Shown here piece by piece: positions 38,701-45,465 of a stretch of DNA of 64,000 nt. Below the pieces are notes generated by a model. That model was not told the DNA's origin and made no database searches. It saw only the letters and a list, made by a program, of their open reading frames with translations. The DNA is from Candidatus Poseidoniaceae archaeon (GTDB taxonomy: Archaea > Thermoplasmatota > Poseidoniia > Poseidoniales > Poseidoniaceae). Numbering within the stretch: position 1 is the stretch's first letter; each line of letters begins with the position of its first letter. A program made the translations under genes and the position numbers. Location: contig JBMTJI010000003.1 in NCBI GenBank assembly GCA_049438185.1, forward strand, positions 64,544 to 128,543. The letters are read 5' to 3'.

Positions 38701-40670
38701 TAGAATGGGGTCGAGAAGGCGTCGTTCAAGTCTGGGTCGACTGTTCCACAATTTCCGTCGTCTGGATCGTAGAGGTCAGAGAGACCATCGTTATCGTCAT
38801 CCCAATCGATGTCGTTTTCCAAACCATCACCATCGATATCAGAATCGACTGCGTTTGGCCCATCATCACGATACAAAGCACCGTTGATGGCGTGGAGATC
38901 TCCGTCGTTGTCAAGGTCACAATCCCAATCGATATCGAGGATGTCGATGATTCCGTCGTTGTCGTCATCGATGTCTTCCCAGTTGAGGACACCGTCTCCA
39001 TCCCAGTCATTAAATTGCGAGAAGGAGGCGCGTCGTGTTTGACAGCGTGGGTCTGGATTGACGGGGTTTGGATTGGCTGCAGTTGGACAGTTCCATGCGA
39101 TAACATCGGCTGCCTTGTCAAGTGGGAAACTGTCGTTCTCGTTGTCGATGTTATCGTCATCGAGATCGTATTCAAAGTTGGTTGCATCTCCGCTCACCAA
39201 CACGTTTCCAAGATTGTCTGGGCTGGTTGTTCCACCAAGTTCTGGATCCAACCAGTCGTAAATCCCGTTGTAGTTTTGGTCGAATGGGCGTAGTCGATCG
39301 TCATCGAGATCTTGATCGTAATCGATTTCACAATCGAGTCCTGTTTTCGAATCGGTGTCGCCACCAGGTGTTTGGTAAGGAGCATCGTTTGTTCGAGTGT
39401 AATCGCCCAGGCCATCGCCGTTGTTGTCGATGTTGACGCATGTGTCAGGGATTCCGTCGTTGTCATCATCAGGGTCAAACATATCGAGGATTCCGTCGTT
39501 GTCGTCATCCGTGTCGGCAGAGTCTGGCGTGCCGTCGTTATCGTTGTCAGGATCGATGAAGTTCGGTATGCCGTCACCATCAAGATCGCCGTCAACGATG
39601 TCTGTGAATGCAGGTGTACCTTGTGCACCTTGTGCGCCTGGTCCTTGACCATCAGCGCTGACTCGCGCTGCTTCCCATGTGACGTAGTTGACGCCACCAG
39701 AGTAGTCTCGATAGTCAATGAAATCCCAAACGACCGGTGCATCGAAGAGATTGCCGGCTGCAACGTTGCTCGTTGTGATGGTTGCATCATATGGGTGGGA
39801 ATCATCAACGTCAGCGACGTTGTCGTTGTCATCGTCTGGGTCGAAGTAATCCATGATTCCATCCGAATCGTAGTCGCACGGCCAAGTAAATTGGTCGATT
39901 CGTCCGTCATTGTCATCGTCTTCATCGAAACGACCTGCTCCAGAACCATCGTTGTCTTCGTCGGTTACACCGTCGTTGTCGTGGTCAAATGGATGCTGGT
40001 CTGCGAGATAGAATGCACCAACTGCAACGTTCGCCCAAGGGTGGATTGTGGTTGCTGTAACGAATCGGTCGGTCGATACATTTCGAGGGTCGAATCCTTG
40101 TGCTTCAAGTGCATCGTAGTCGATTGGTCCTTCGAGGATACCGTCGTTGTCATCGTCCCAATCATCAATATCGAGGACACCGTCGTTGTCGTGGTCGAAT
40201 GGGTCTGTGCCGTAACATCCGTCAAAACGCTCGATGAGATCGTAAATTCCATCGTTGTCATCGTCAAGGTCGTACAAGTCACTGATTCCATCGTTATCGT
40301 GGTCGTTTCGGTTGGATTCTTCGACAAGGAAATTGTTCGAGGCCATCACAGCTTCGACAGCGGCTAGATCGCTGATAATACCCGATGAGACGCCAACATC
40401 TGCCCACATGATGTCACGGAGAGAGGGGTGGACATCATCGGAATGGAAAACCGTCGAGCCTTCATATTGACCTTGGCCGGCTTGATCCATGGATTGCAGG
40501 GCAGGACTGCTTTGCATTGAGCGGTATTTGACATCAATGCCTGTTTCTTCCTGGTCCCACTCAGATGGAACCATCATAGCAAGTGTTGTACTCATCACCA
40601 TCAAGAACACAAGAAGAAGCGACTTGAAAGCGTTCGGTCGTCGGTTGATTTTGTTTCGGTTTTCTAGCAT
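32745..40670 (-). CDS. giant surface protein (about 2640 aa) with dozens of thrombospondin-type-3/DxDxDG calcium-binding repeats, C-terminal TM helix and about 170-aa globular cytoplasmic domain
   Basis: The ATG start gives MLENRNKINRRPNAFKSLLLVFLMVMSTTLA (signal). There are very many DHDNDG(V/I)xD, DDDNDGIxD and DWDGDG motifs. The TM is AFSIVLMALLVAGALYY. A non-acidic cytoplasmic domain follows (...IKIIFDCYKNLVRHFRKYGFMKKVYETTREFEAAVRTAF...). The ORF-track start 40700 is TTG. Confidence 0.8.
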   Translation of the reverse strand: MLENRNKINRRPNAFKSLLLVFLMVMSTTLAMMVPSEWDQEETGIDVKYRSMQSSPALQSMDQAGQGQYEGSTVFHSDDVHPSLRDIMWADVGVSSGIISDLAAVEAVMASNNFLVEESNRNDHDNDGISDLYDLDDDNDGIYDLIERFDGCYGTDPFDHDNDGVLDIDDWDDDNDGILEGPIDYDALEAQGFDPRNVSTDRFVTATTIHPWANVAVGAFYLADQHPFDHDNDGVTDEDNDGSGAGRFDEDDDNDGRIDQFTWPCDYDSDGIMDYFDPDDDNDNVADVDDSHPYDATITTSNVAAGNLFDAPVVWDFIDYRDYSGGVNYVTWEAARVSADGQGPGAQGAQGTPAFTDIVDGDLDGDGIPNFIDPDNDNDGTPDSADTDDDNDGILDMFDPDDDNDGIPDTCVNIDNNGDGLGDYTRTNDAPYQTPGGDTDSKTGLDCEIDYDQDLDDDRLRPFDQNYNGIYDWLDPELGGTTSPDNLGNVLVSGDATNFEYDLDDDNIDNENDSFPLDKAADVIAWNCPTAANPNPVNPDPRCQTRRASFSQFNDWDGDGVLNWEDIDDDNDGIIDILDIDWDCDLDNDGDLHAINGALYRDDGPNAVDSDIDGDGLENDIDWDDDNDGLSDLYDPDDGNCGTVDPDLNDAFSTPFYPVGDLGPLDGSGDNQDYTTNADSYWAMVFWHNPFSDMMIDYNGYDGTTNPPTPGNVPEFYWFLFARWSSYNGGNEWDIDSDGDSLVNGLDVDQDADGLPDWWDQDEGNDGIMDVNDVKMGGSFNMSVCGHTVGNLGQGFVCGYAYAIAYQMPLNGVTAQFGLPYSTRPDAAIDQGATAGGQSGNWSCTPGAQGGCWHYDFGGDGVIDSAVSYTQMQDNRDAFVTWIGLTTGIWQWNSDNGPEADFPDELGADLDKNDVDGDIDGDFFNNTIDLDDDYDSIFDWFDVDDDNDGLWDYFEVDTNDDLDDDTGQNNGNFFSGTNCIDNDDDGNDADADGDGFYQAVWDRGIMTLGLQQPKVYDVDNDNDGVPDGEDPDDDNNGILDGDQEKLPGCFWGEEQSTWDHDNDGIVNWADDDWDGDGISNTVELAISLTQAFDHDNDGDRDDIDVDDDQDGMHDIDEVMLWPERFNRNSTNPWDHDDFGDGEALANPNDLTTGPDVNDTDDDNDTRDDLDFDHLEEGFTADPCYQGAQSSDWDHDNDCVLDEDDKALTFITLDLPGNLWLDARSPAIFSGLVEWINPISGLRENASGLPVQIHIEWANNGTTAVETTNILSDQNGRFSVGQFLYPEDIIVGDNTTYKVYAVVTEMFAFNGATSSDYLVGVEANMTIDPSSNNWDYFRSDEQQLWLEFYSYYAADYERGIYSNPIPYAPVTFSFYGGLFGNLTHPTNFTNFDGNGYRANSFGLTSVSFEQTGGANGVWKQVQFNSTMDNGPGKAPGGLEEIIWNNNTKMHDVVQDTQGFSTKYVRVNTSLPKGDYSYIGRVQPELAGDEYPFPYLHGDEDDNARSMRVMHRMNIDGTMTFEGIHPITFFDSTINNGDGTFGNWRYVYHGPALTAAGLNYNDISAYKAYSMLWDGNPASLTGEAENIIDFVDVNATHWFIKLVNGGDSDLPPCGQIDPSDPDSPVRCEIVPEMDTGTSLELTGSVTNRTLVPWTIEPVAVQLDKDRNGIFSSGGETQFTQKPNCMDTQGNRIPMQSIDDETECITKGGVEAEYDYNFTWESQYSSGTYGMRIDFTNSGYYFTGNSSSLATTGAYINVTVVGTTSFELTSIARLYRNTNTSIQARLVDNSLQPVREAPVNYTWSFDGRTETSYTDTNGFFEMPFNITAEDDLGLFTLTFDYEGTPLLKPSNAVQDVWVVSRTYVSVVSTDGNRRQSGDLWDFTAQVKDDNKTLEYDTGGRDLDGETAPNGGLVDVIFEGTDFDNVQHRQVVATLAPSAGVISLPETQPDNSHLCYYDGNDDGYADRDLNQDGNLDRLEAVGCLKADISPLSPTKLRADPESFLPDGFGPVNVVLRFEESLPNEGCAPLDASYLGLQGQWDPCANIPGNNHYRTVMTYNANGFSLIGRTSLSVDDQVVYTSEVDPVTGLVVPKPMVVTGQLTDELGEVLVGRTIRVSYEMVNGQSGPVNCNAAVTDADGNYSIVCPLSDVLAGKTKVTVSYSSYDNNDAFRYDNKTIQTEFDVFSNSSLSITEVGPFKSSVDTYSIEGIPYPVLYLKESFHIDALLTQSNGQAVGGKCLNIYLDPEENIRPIATIRTNDLDGTVEWFSGDPLQNPSLRGVELTGGKKEGFRTLKVAFEPDVNVPGGCDKDVENVLNGSEVEMEVLVRSRVDLQVETNWYYGGESGIPEGTLVIGEVALLRDRLDIAIENEEVQFIRQYRNETGAWVTMTAATNKTVTNEQGIARFEWSFDGRSCDGVECSGEWQVIAVYAGSQNFQASQNNISFAVDYRAASEVEAKGFFSPENAMAFSIVLMALLVAGALYYRRVMSRRQVQSLRGILTDTMMQLEASNEYIKIIFDCYKNLVRHFRKYGFMKKVYETTREFEAAVRTAFNMVPPQQLDAFLTIFEEARYSDHNIGVMQRDQAISTLGAITSSITSALGEEGQVKRYEATGLYENQTKAGEFVAADGSVRQAGIVEGESTDFKI

Positions 40671-40761
40671 AACAGCCCCTCTAAACAAATCGCTGAACAA
40701 GGAACTGTATATGAAAACAATGGGTGATTGAGAGGCGAAAGTATCACCCGGATAAGAAGGA

Positions 40762-40812
40762 TATCAAAAGAAAAGGAGCCCCAGGGGAGCGGACTCCCCT
40801 GAGGCCCGGCCA
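40762..40812 (-). terminator. GC-rich hairpin (CAGGGGAG-cgga-CTCCCCTG) followed on the minus strand by CCTTTTCTTTTG T-tract; candidate terminator of the 524-aa TSP3 gene
   Basis: A perfect 8-bp stem and a T-rich run lie downstream of the 40864 stop on the coding (minus) strand, before the promoter region of the giant gene. Confidence 0.4.
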
Positions 40813-40863
40813 TCCGTTCTCAAAGAGAACAGAGTTACGACTTGATTCTCAACCAAACCTGAC

Positions 40864-42438
40864 TCAGTTTTCGAGGGAATCGAGGATTCCATCGTTGTCA
40901 TCGTCGTCATCGAGTTGGTTCTCGATTCCGTCGTTGTCGGAGTCAAATTGACCTGTGAGATCGTTTCCATCGTTGATTTCGAACCAGTCGCTTAGACCGT
41001 CGTTGTCGTCATCGGTGTCACTGAGATCCCAAATTCCGTCGTTGTCGTGATCGTAGCGGTAGTTACCGAAGTCACCATCTGCTTCATCGACATCAAGAAT
41101 GTTGTCGTTGTCGTCATCAGGATCTACACCATCATCCATGCCATCGTTGTCGTGGTCACGGGAGAGGTCTTCGCCGTTCTCGCCTACGTCGTTCCAGTTG
41201 TCAACGCCATCGTTGTCGATGTCGAAGTCGACAGCATCGCTGATACCATCGTTGTCGTGATCGTAAATGTTCGTGTTCGGATCATTGTCGTTCACTTCTT
41301 CTTCGTCGTCGATTCCGTCGCCATCGTCGTCGCTGTCTTCAGCGTCATCGATGCCATCGTTGTCATGGTCTTGTGGGCTGGCATCAAGATCGTCAGGAAT
41401 TCCGTCGTTGTCGTCATCGTTGTCGAGGTTATCTGGGATACCATCGCCATCGTTGTCGGTTTCACCGTTTTGTTCCTGGTTGTCGAGCTGTTGACCTTGT
41501 TGTTGGTCGGTTTGCTGACCTTGCTGACCTTGCTGACCGTTTTGGGTCTGGCCTTGCTGCTGTTGGTTCTGACCGTTTTGGTTGTCACCGTTTTGGTTTC
41601 CAGCTTGCTGATCGCCTTGTTGGCCACCTTGCTCTCCACCTTGTTGCTGCTGACCTTGTCCATTGTCCTGCTGCTGGCCTTGTTGACCTTGCTGGCCTTG
41701 TTGACCTTGCTGGCCTTGTTGACCTTGCTGGCCTTGCTGACCTTGCTGGCCTTGCTGACCTTGCTGCTGACCTTGTCCTTGACCCTGTCCCTGACCTTGT
41801 CCCTGACCTTGTCCCTGACCTTGTCCCTGACCTTGTCCTTGACCCTGTCCTTGACCCTGTCCTTGACCTTGTCCTTGACCTTGTCCTTGACCTTGTCCTT
41901 GACCCTGTCCTTGACCTTGTCCTTGATCGTTGGATTCGCCACCGCCTTCAGTGCCACCATCTCCAGCGCCCGCCTGAGACTCCTGGAAGTCTGGGTCGTA
42001 TGCGTCTGGGATGCCATCACCGTCGGAATCGGAGTATTCACCATCGTTCGGATCGGTTGGGAACGAATCGACGTTGTCGTTCTTGCCGTCGCCGTCGGTG
42101 TCAGCATTGTTTGGGTTGGTACCCATTTGGTACTCTTGTGCGTTGGTTAGACCATCGTTGTCAGAGTCCGCATTGCCGTCACCGCCGTTGGTTGGGTTGA
42201 GGCCGTTAGCAACCTCCCATCCATCAGGCAGACCGTCGCCATCGCTGTCTGCGTTGTTCATGTTCGTACCTTCAGCTTGTTCTTCAGCGTTGGTTAGACC
42301 ATCGCCGTCCCAATCTGCACCACCGTCGTTGGGGTCCAGAGGGTCAGATCCATCACCGCTTACAGCAGAGGCTGCTGATAGAGCGAGAAGGAAAGCCAAA
42401 AGCATGCTCATTGTCTTTGTCTTCGTATTCGTGTTCAT
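40864..42438 (-). CDS. secreted TSP3/DxDxDG calcium-binding repeat protein with central (GQ)n/(QQG)n low-complexity linker, no TM anchor
   Basis: The signal peptide is MNTNTKTKTMSMLLAFLLALSAASAVSG. Repeats are DSDGDGLPD, DTDGDGKND, DHDNDGI and DDDNDGIxD. About 60 residues of GQGQGQ... then QQGQQG... follow. The start is ATG. Confidence 0.75.
   Translation of the reverse strand: MNTNTKTKTMSMLLAFLLALSAASAVSGDGSDPLDPNDGGADWDGDGLTNAEEQAEGTNMNNADSDGDGLPDGWEVANGLNPTNGGDGNADSDNDGLTNAQEYQMGTNPNNADTDGDGKNDNVDSFPTDPNDGEYSDSDGDGIPDAYDPDFQESQAGAGDGGTEGGGESNDQGQGQGQGQGQGQGQGQGQGQGQGQGQGQGQGQGQGQGQGQGQGQGQGQGQGQQQGQQGQQGQQGQQGQQGQQGQQGQQGQQGQQQDNGQGQQQQGGEQGGQQGDQQAGNQNGDNQNGQNQQQQGQTQNGQQGQQGQQTDQQQGQQLDNQEQNGETDNDGDGIPDNLDNDDDNDGIPDDLDASPQDHDNDGIDDAEDSDDDGDGIDDEEEVNDNDPNTNIYDHDNDGISDAVDFDIDNDGVDNWNDVGENGEDLSRDHDNDGMDDGVDPDDDNDNILDVDEADGDFGNYRYDHDNDGIWDLSDTDDDNDGLSDWFEINDGNDLTGQFDSDNDGIENQLDDDDDNDGILDSLEN
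41680..41935. repeat. coding tandem repeat: near-perfect 6/12-nt (CCTTGTCCTTGACC)n and 9/18-nt (CTTGCTGGCCTTGTTGAC)n arrays encoding (GQ)n/(QQG)n
   Basis: The repeat is directly visible in the sequence at 41683-41935. It lies inside CDS 40864..42438, so it is not a CRISPR array. Confidence 0.85.
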
Positions 42439-42768
42439 TTTTCTTCACTTCCAATTTTTTTGTTGTGTTTACACAGAGAACCCGCTGTTCTCTCTTTCCG
42501 AACCAAAGGTACCTGACTCGGTACAGTCGATCTCGGGAGAGATGCAGAGCATACGCTCTGCTTGTGTTGAGAGGAGGAGGTGGTGAACAACTTCAAACTC
42601 TTGCTGGCGCACACTTGTTAGGGCGCTGTGCATCGAAATTGTTCTGTCAGTTTGGTTGACTATTTCCTCCAAATTCATCGTTTTTCACGGGGGTGTTCTT
42701 AGGGAACCCAACGTTCCCTCTACCATTGACAAAAGCCCGAGACTATATGAAACCAACGCTCTCAGACG

Positions 42769-43518
42769 TCAAAGACTACGGGGCGGTGGTAAAAGAACAG
42801 ATGCAGAATGAGACAGAACAAACCGTTCAATTGTTTCAGCGAGCTTGGCACTCGACATTCTGTGAACCCGCTCCACTCCGTGACCAGACGCTGGCGAGAA
42901 GAGATCAGACCCGTTGTCCTTAGCCAAACGAGCGAGTGCGATTTTCGCTGCCCTGATAACGTTTGATCCTTTTATTCGTACATCCCCGGAACCAAGTCCT
43001 AGCCTGTGAACGAGCGCTCCTTGATATTCTCCTTTTTCTCTACCCATGGCGATCATCCCGAGAATGATGAATTGATTTCGAATCGATGCATCCCACTGGT
43101 TAAAATCTTCAGGAAATCGTGATTGAAGTGATTCAAGGAGGTCTTTTGTGGCTCCACTGTACATTTTTATGTCAAATGCATCAGATTCTATGCGCTTTGA
43201 AAAATTCGCATCGTCGGGAATAATTTCTCCAAACGGTTTCCACATCATATCATAAGAAAGCCATGAATTTAATTTGGTTGAGAAAAATGGATCTGGCCCT
43301 CTCCAGTAATGTGCACACCTCTGCAGTAGTTCTGGTGCGATTTCGGAAAACGATTCGGGGTCTTGATCACTCAATGTTTTGAGCGCCTCAAGGAAACGTT
43401 CGTTCTTTTTTTTCGTGGAAAGGCCCTCAGCGTTCATTTCCATCTTATTGTCCTCCTTCTCAATATTATAATAAGAATCCTTCTTGTTTGTTTCTCTTTC
43501 CTGCTTCATCGCAGTCAC
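42769..43518 (-). CDS. hypothetical protein (249 aa), K/E-rich N-terminus
   Basis: The start is ATG. No domain was recognised. It follows a locally AT-rich upstream region (43420-43520). Confidence 0.5.
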   Translation of the reverse strand: MTAMKQERETNKKDSYYNIEKEDNKMEMNAEGLSTKKKNERFLEALKTLSDQDPESFSEIAPELLQRCAHYWRGPDPFFSTKLNSWLSYDMMWKPFGEIIPDDANFSKRIESDAFDIKMYSGATKDLLESLQSRFPEDFNQWDASIRNQFIILGMIAMGREKGEYQGALVHRLGLGSGDVRIKGSNVIRAAKIALARLAKDNGSDLFSPASGHGVERVHRMSSAKLAETIERFVLSHSASVLLPPPRSL

Positions 43519-43562
43519 CCATCAATATTCGAAGCAGTCCACTGTTAGTAAAGGTGAGAGAG

Positions 43563-44111
43563 TCAAAATTCCTTCATCATGGAACGATGTGGGCCCACAT
43601 TTGGTATGGAGTACGGTGCGTCGATGATAATCCACCCTTGCGATTGATAAAATGGAATGGCGATCTCGCGAGCCTGCAAAAAACCGCACACTGCTCCAAA
43701 TTGTTTGACCGACGCTTTCTCCAGAGCCTCAAGAACATCGGCTGCTAGTCCTTGCCTTCGATGAGTGTCAAGCGTCCCCATTTGTCGAATTTGGAAAGCT
43801 GGTCTGTTTTCTGATTTAAGAGGAGAAAAGGGCGGAGTCTTCGGCCCTGATTGGCCTGGAAAATCGGATTGTGAACCATCACTGAACTGTGGAATAAGAT
43901 GGCTGCGTCCAACTGCTACGATTTTCTGATCCCGTTCAATGTAGGCATGAATGGCATCGACATCGTCTTGCAAAATTTCAGCTCCTGGCTCAAATCCCAA
44001 TGGTTTGCGAAGGACAGCATATCTGCAGCGATAGTATGCATCTGACGGTTCCCAATTTGGTCCCGCTATGTGAAGCATGATGCTTGCCTGCACACGGTTT
44101 CTGATAAGCAT
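43563..44111 (-). CDS. GNAT-family N-acetyltransferase
   Basis: The acetyl-CoA motif A is QIRQMGTLDTHRRQGLAADVLEALE (Q/RxxGxG/A). The ORF was trimmed from a TTG at 44153 to ATG 44111 (MLIRNRVQ...). Confidence 0.7.
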   Translation of the reverse strand: MLIRNRVQASIMLHIAGPNWEPSDAYYRCRYAVLRKPLGFEPGAEILQDDVDAIHAYIERDQKIVAVGRSHLIPQFSDGSQSDFPGQSGPKTPPFSPLKSENRPAFQIRQMGTLDTHRRQGLAADVLEALEKASVKQFGAVCGFLQAREIAIPFYQSQGWIIIDAPYSIPNVGPHRSMMKEF

Positions 44112-44159
44112 GATTGATGAGGCGCGTTGAAATACATCGTGTTGGTCGCACAAATAACC

Positions 44160-44233
44160 GCACGGGTGTCAGAGTGGCTATGAGCGGGACTGCAGATCCT
44201 GAGACCGGAGTTCGAATCTCCGCCCGTGCTCCA
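44160..44233 (+). tRNA. tRNA-Cys (anticodon GCA), encoded CCA
   Basis: The acceptor is GCACGGG/CCCGTGC. The anticodon stem CGGGA/TCCTG carries loop CTGCAGA. The T-arm is CGGAG-TTCGAAT-CTCCG. The discriminator is T and CCA follows. A TGAAATACA element lies about 24-32 nt upstream. Confidence 0.85.
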
Positions 44234-44312
44234 AAAATTCAACATATCCCACAACATTTGGAAAGTCTTGAAGAAGAATAGCGAATTCGTCACGATAGAG
44301 AGCGGTGAAATT

Positions 44313-45452
44313 ATGCCAAGAATTCGTCCAACGTTTTCAGAGATTGGCCGGGGTTTTGCTGCTTATCTCGCACCTCCTTCTCCAGATGTTATTCGGTTTA
44401 CTGTTGGTCAACCCGATTTCGATACGCCTGAACCTGTTGTCCAATCAGCTGTCGATGCACTCCACCAAGGAGAGACTGCTTACACTCGTTCTCAAGGAAG
44501 TGTTTCGCTATGCGAAGCAGTTTCGAAGCATTTGAAAAGCCTGAACATCGATTCAAACCCTGACGATGTTGTTGTCACTCCTGGCTGCAAACAGGCTTTG
44601 CTCTATGCTTTGATGACGACAATTTCTCCAGGAGATGAAGTCCTTCTGTTGGCGCCAGCTTGGCCTTCGTATGATGGAATGATTCGAATCTTTGGCGGGG
44701 TGCCTGTCCATGTTCCAGTATCTCGACCCTCTTATCATCCAGATTTTGAAGCGCTTGAATCAAGTGTAACAGAACGTACAAAAGCGATTATGTTGAATTC
44801 ACCCAATAATCCGACTGGGGCTGTTTACACTCCAGAGGAAATTGCAAAAATGGCTTCCTTTGCGGAAAAGCATGATCTTTGGATCATCGATGACATGATT
44901 TATTCAACGCTCGTTTGGACTGATCATGACTACACATCTCCTATCAACCATCCTGGGGGGGAAAATCGAACCATCACCATTGGAGGATGGTCAAAAGGTT
45001 GGGCAATGACTGGTTGGAGAATGGGTTGGATCACTGGGCCGACCGAATTTATGGAGGCGGTCAAGACATGTCAAACATCGGCTGCAACACATATTCCTAC
45101 CTTCCTTATGAATGCAGGAGAAGTCGCTCTTGAATTAAAGGAAGAAACGCAGCTAATGGCTGATTCATTTGCGAATCGCCGTATGGTCATGCATGCAGGA
45201 CTCAACAGTCTCCCGGGTGTAAAAGCACCCGAACCCGAAGGGGCGTTTTACATCCTAGCCGATGTTTCAGGAACCGGAATGTCAGATATTGAATTCGCAG
45301 ATCGTGCCCTCGCCGAGGCGCGCGTCCAATTGATCCCTGGGTCGCTCATGCAAGGTGGGGCAGGTTTAGTACGTCTTTCGTACGCAACTTCACTTGAGAA
45401 TATCCACGAGGGGATTAAGCGACTCAATGAGTGGCTTTCTTCAGTTATGTAA
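44313..45452 (+). CDS. class I PLP-dependent aminotransferase (aspartate aminotransferase-like)
   Basis: The PLP-lysine region is GWSKGWAMTGWRMGW. Family-typical blocks NSPNNPTGAVY and PGCKQALLYAL are present. The ORF was trimmed to ATG 44313 so that it does not overlap tRNA-Cys. Confidence 0.85.
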   Translation: MPRIRPTFSEIGRGFAAYLAPPSPDVIRFTVGQPDFDTPEPVVQSAVDALHQGETAYTRSQGSVSLCEAVSKHLKSLNIDSNPDDVVVTPGCKQALLYALMTTISPGDEVLLLAPAWPSYDGMIRIFGGVPVHVPVSRPSYHPDFEALESSVTERTKAIMLNSPNNPTGAVYTPEEIAKMASFAEKHDLWIIDDMIYSTLVWTDHDYTSPINHPGGENRTITIGGWSKGWAMTGWRMGWITGPTEFMEAVKTCQTSAATHIPTFLMNAGEVALELKEETQLMADSFANRRMVMHAGLNSLPGVKAPEPEGAFYILADVSGTGMSDIEFADRALAEARVQLIPGSLMQGGAGLVRLSYATSLENIHEGIKRLNEWLSSVM

Positions 45453-45465
45453 CATGAATACGATG

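Noticed and set aside
38543-40367. Several 150-350-aa plus-strand ORFs (for example 38607..39293 and 39312..40367) and minus-strand alternative-frame ORFs (39194..39949 and 38726..39187) inside the 2651-aa giant gene
   Set aside because: They are shadow ORFs created by the GAT/GAC/AAC-rich codon usage of the DxDxDG repeats. They have I/V-rich nonsense composition and no start context, and the giant frame is continuous with a signal peptide and TM.
41680-41935. Possible CRISPR array (regular short repeats)
   Set aside because: The repeats are contiguous with no spacers and have a 6-18 nt period. They lie in-frame inside a CDS encoding GQ/QQG. The same applies to the 9-nt array at 62598-62752. 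No cas genes are present.
41047-42200. Long ORFs on both strands (367 aa, 275 aa and 271 aa) inside the (GQ)n/TSP3 gene, translating as poly-L/T/V or K/D/V repeats
   Set aside because: They are artefacts of translating a low-complexity tandem-repeat tract in other frames or on the other strand. The minus-strand frame has the signal peptide, TSP3 repeats and a coherent protein.
42411-42923. Small ORFs in the 330-nt intergenic region (42411..42659 +, 42469..42678 -, 42693..42923 +)
   Set aside because: There is no domain, no start-context support, and they overlap each other or the 249-aa gene. The region is better treated as non-coding until transcript data say otherwise.
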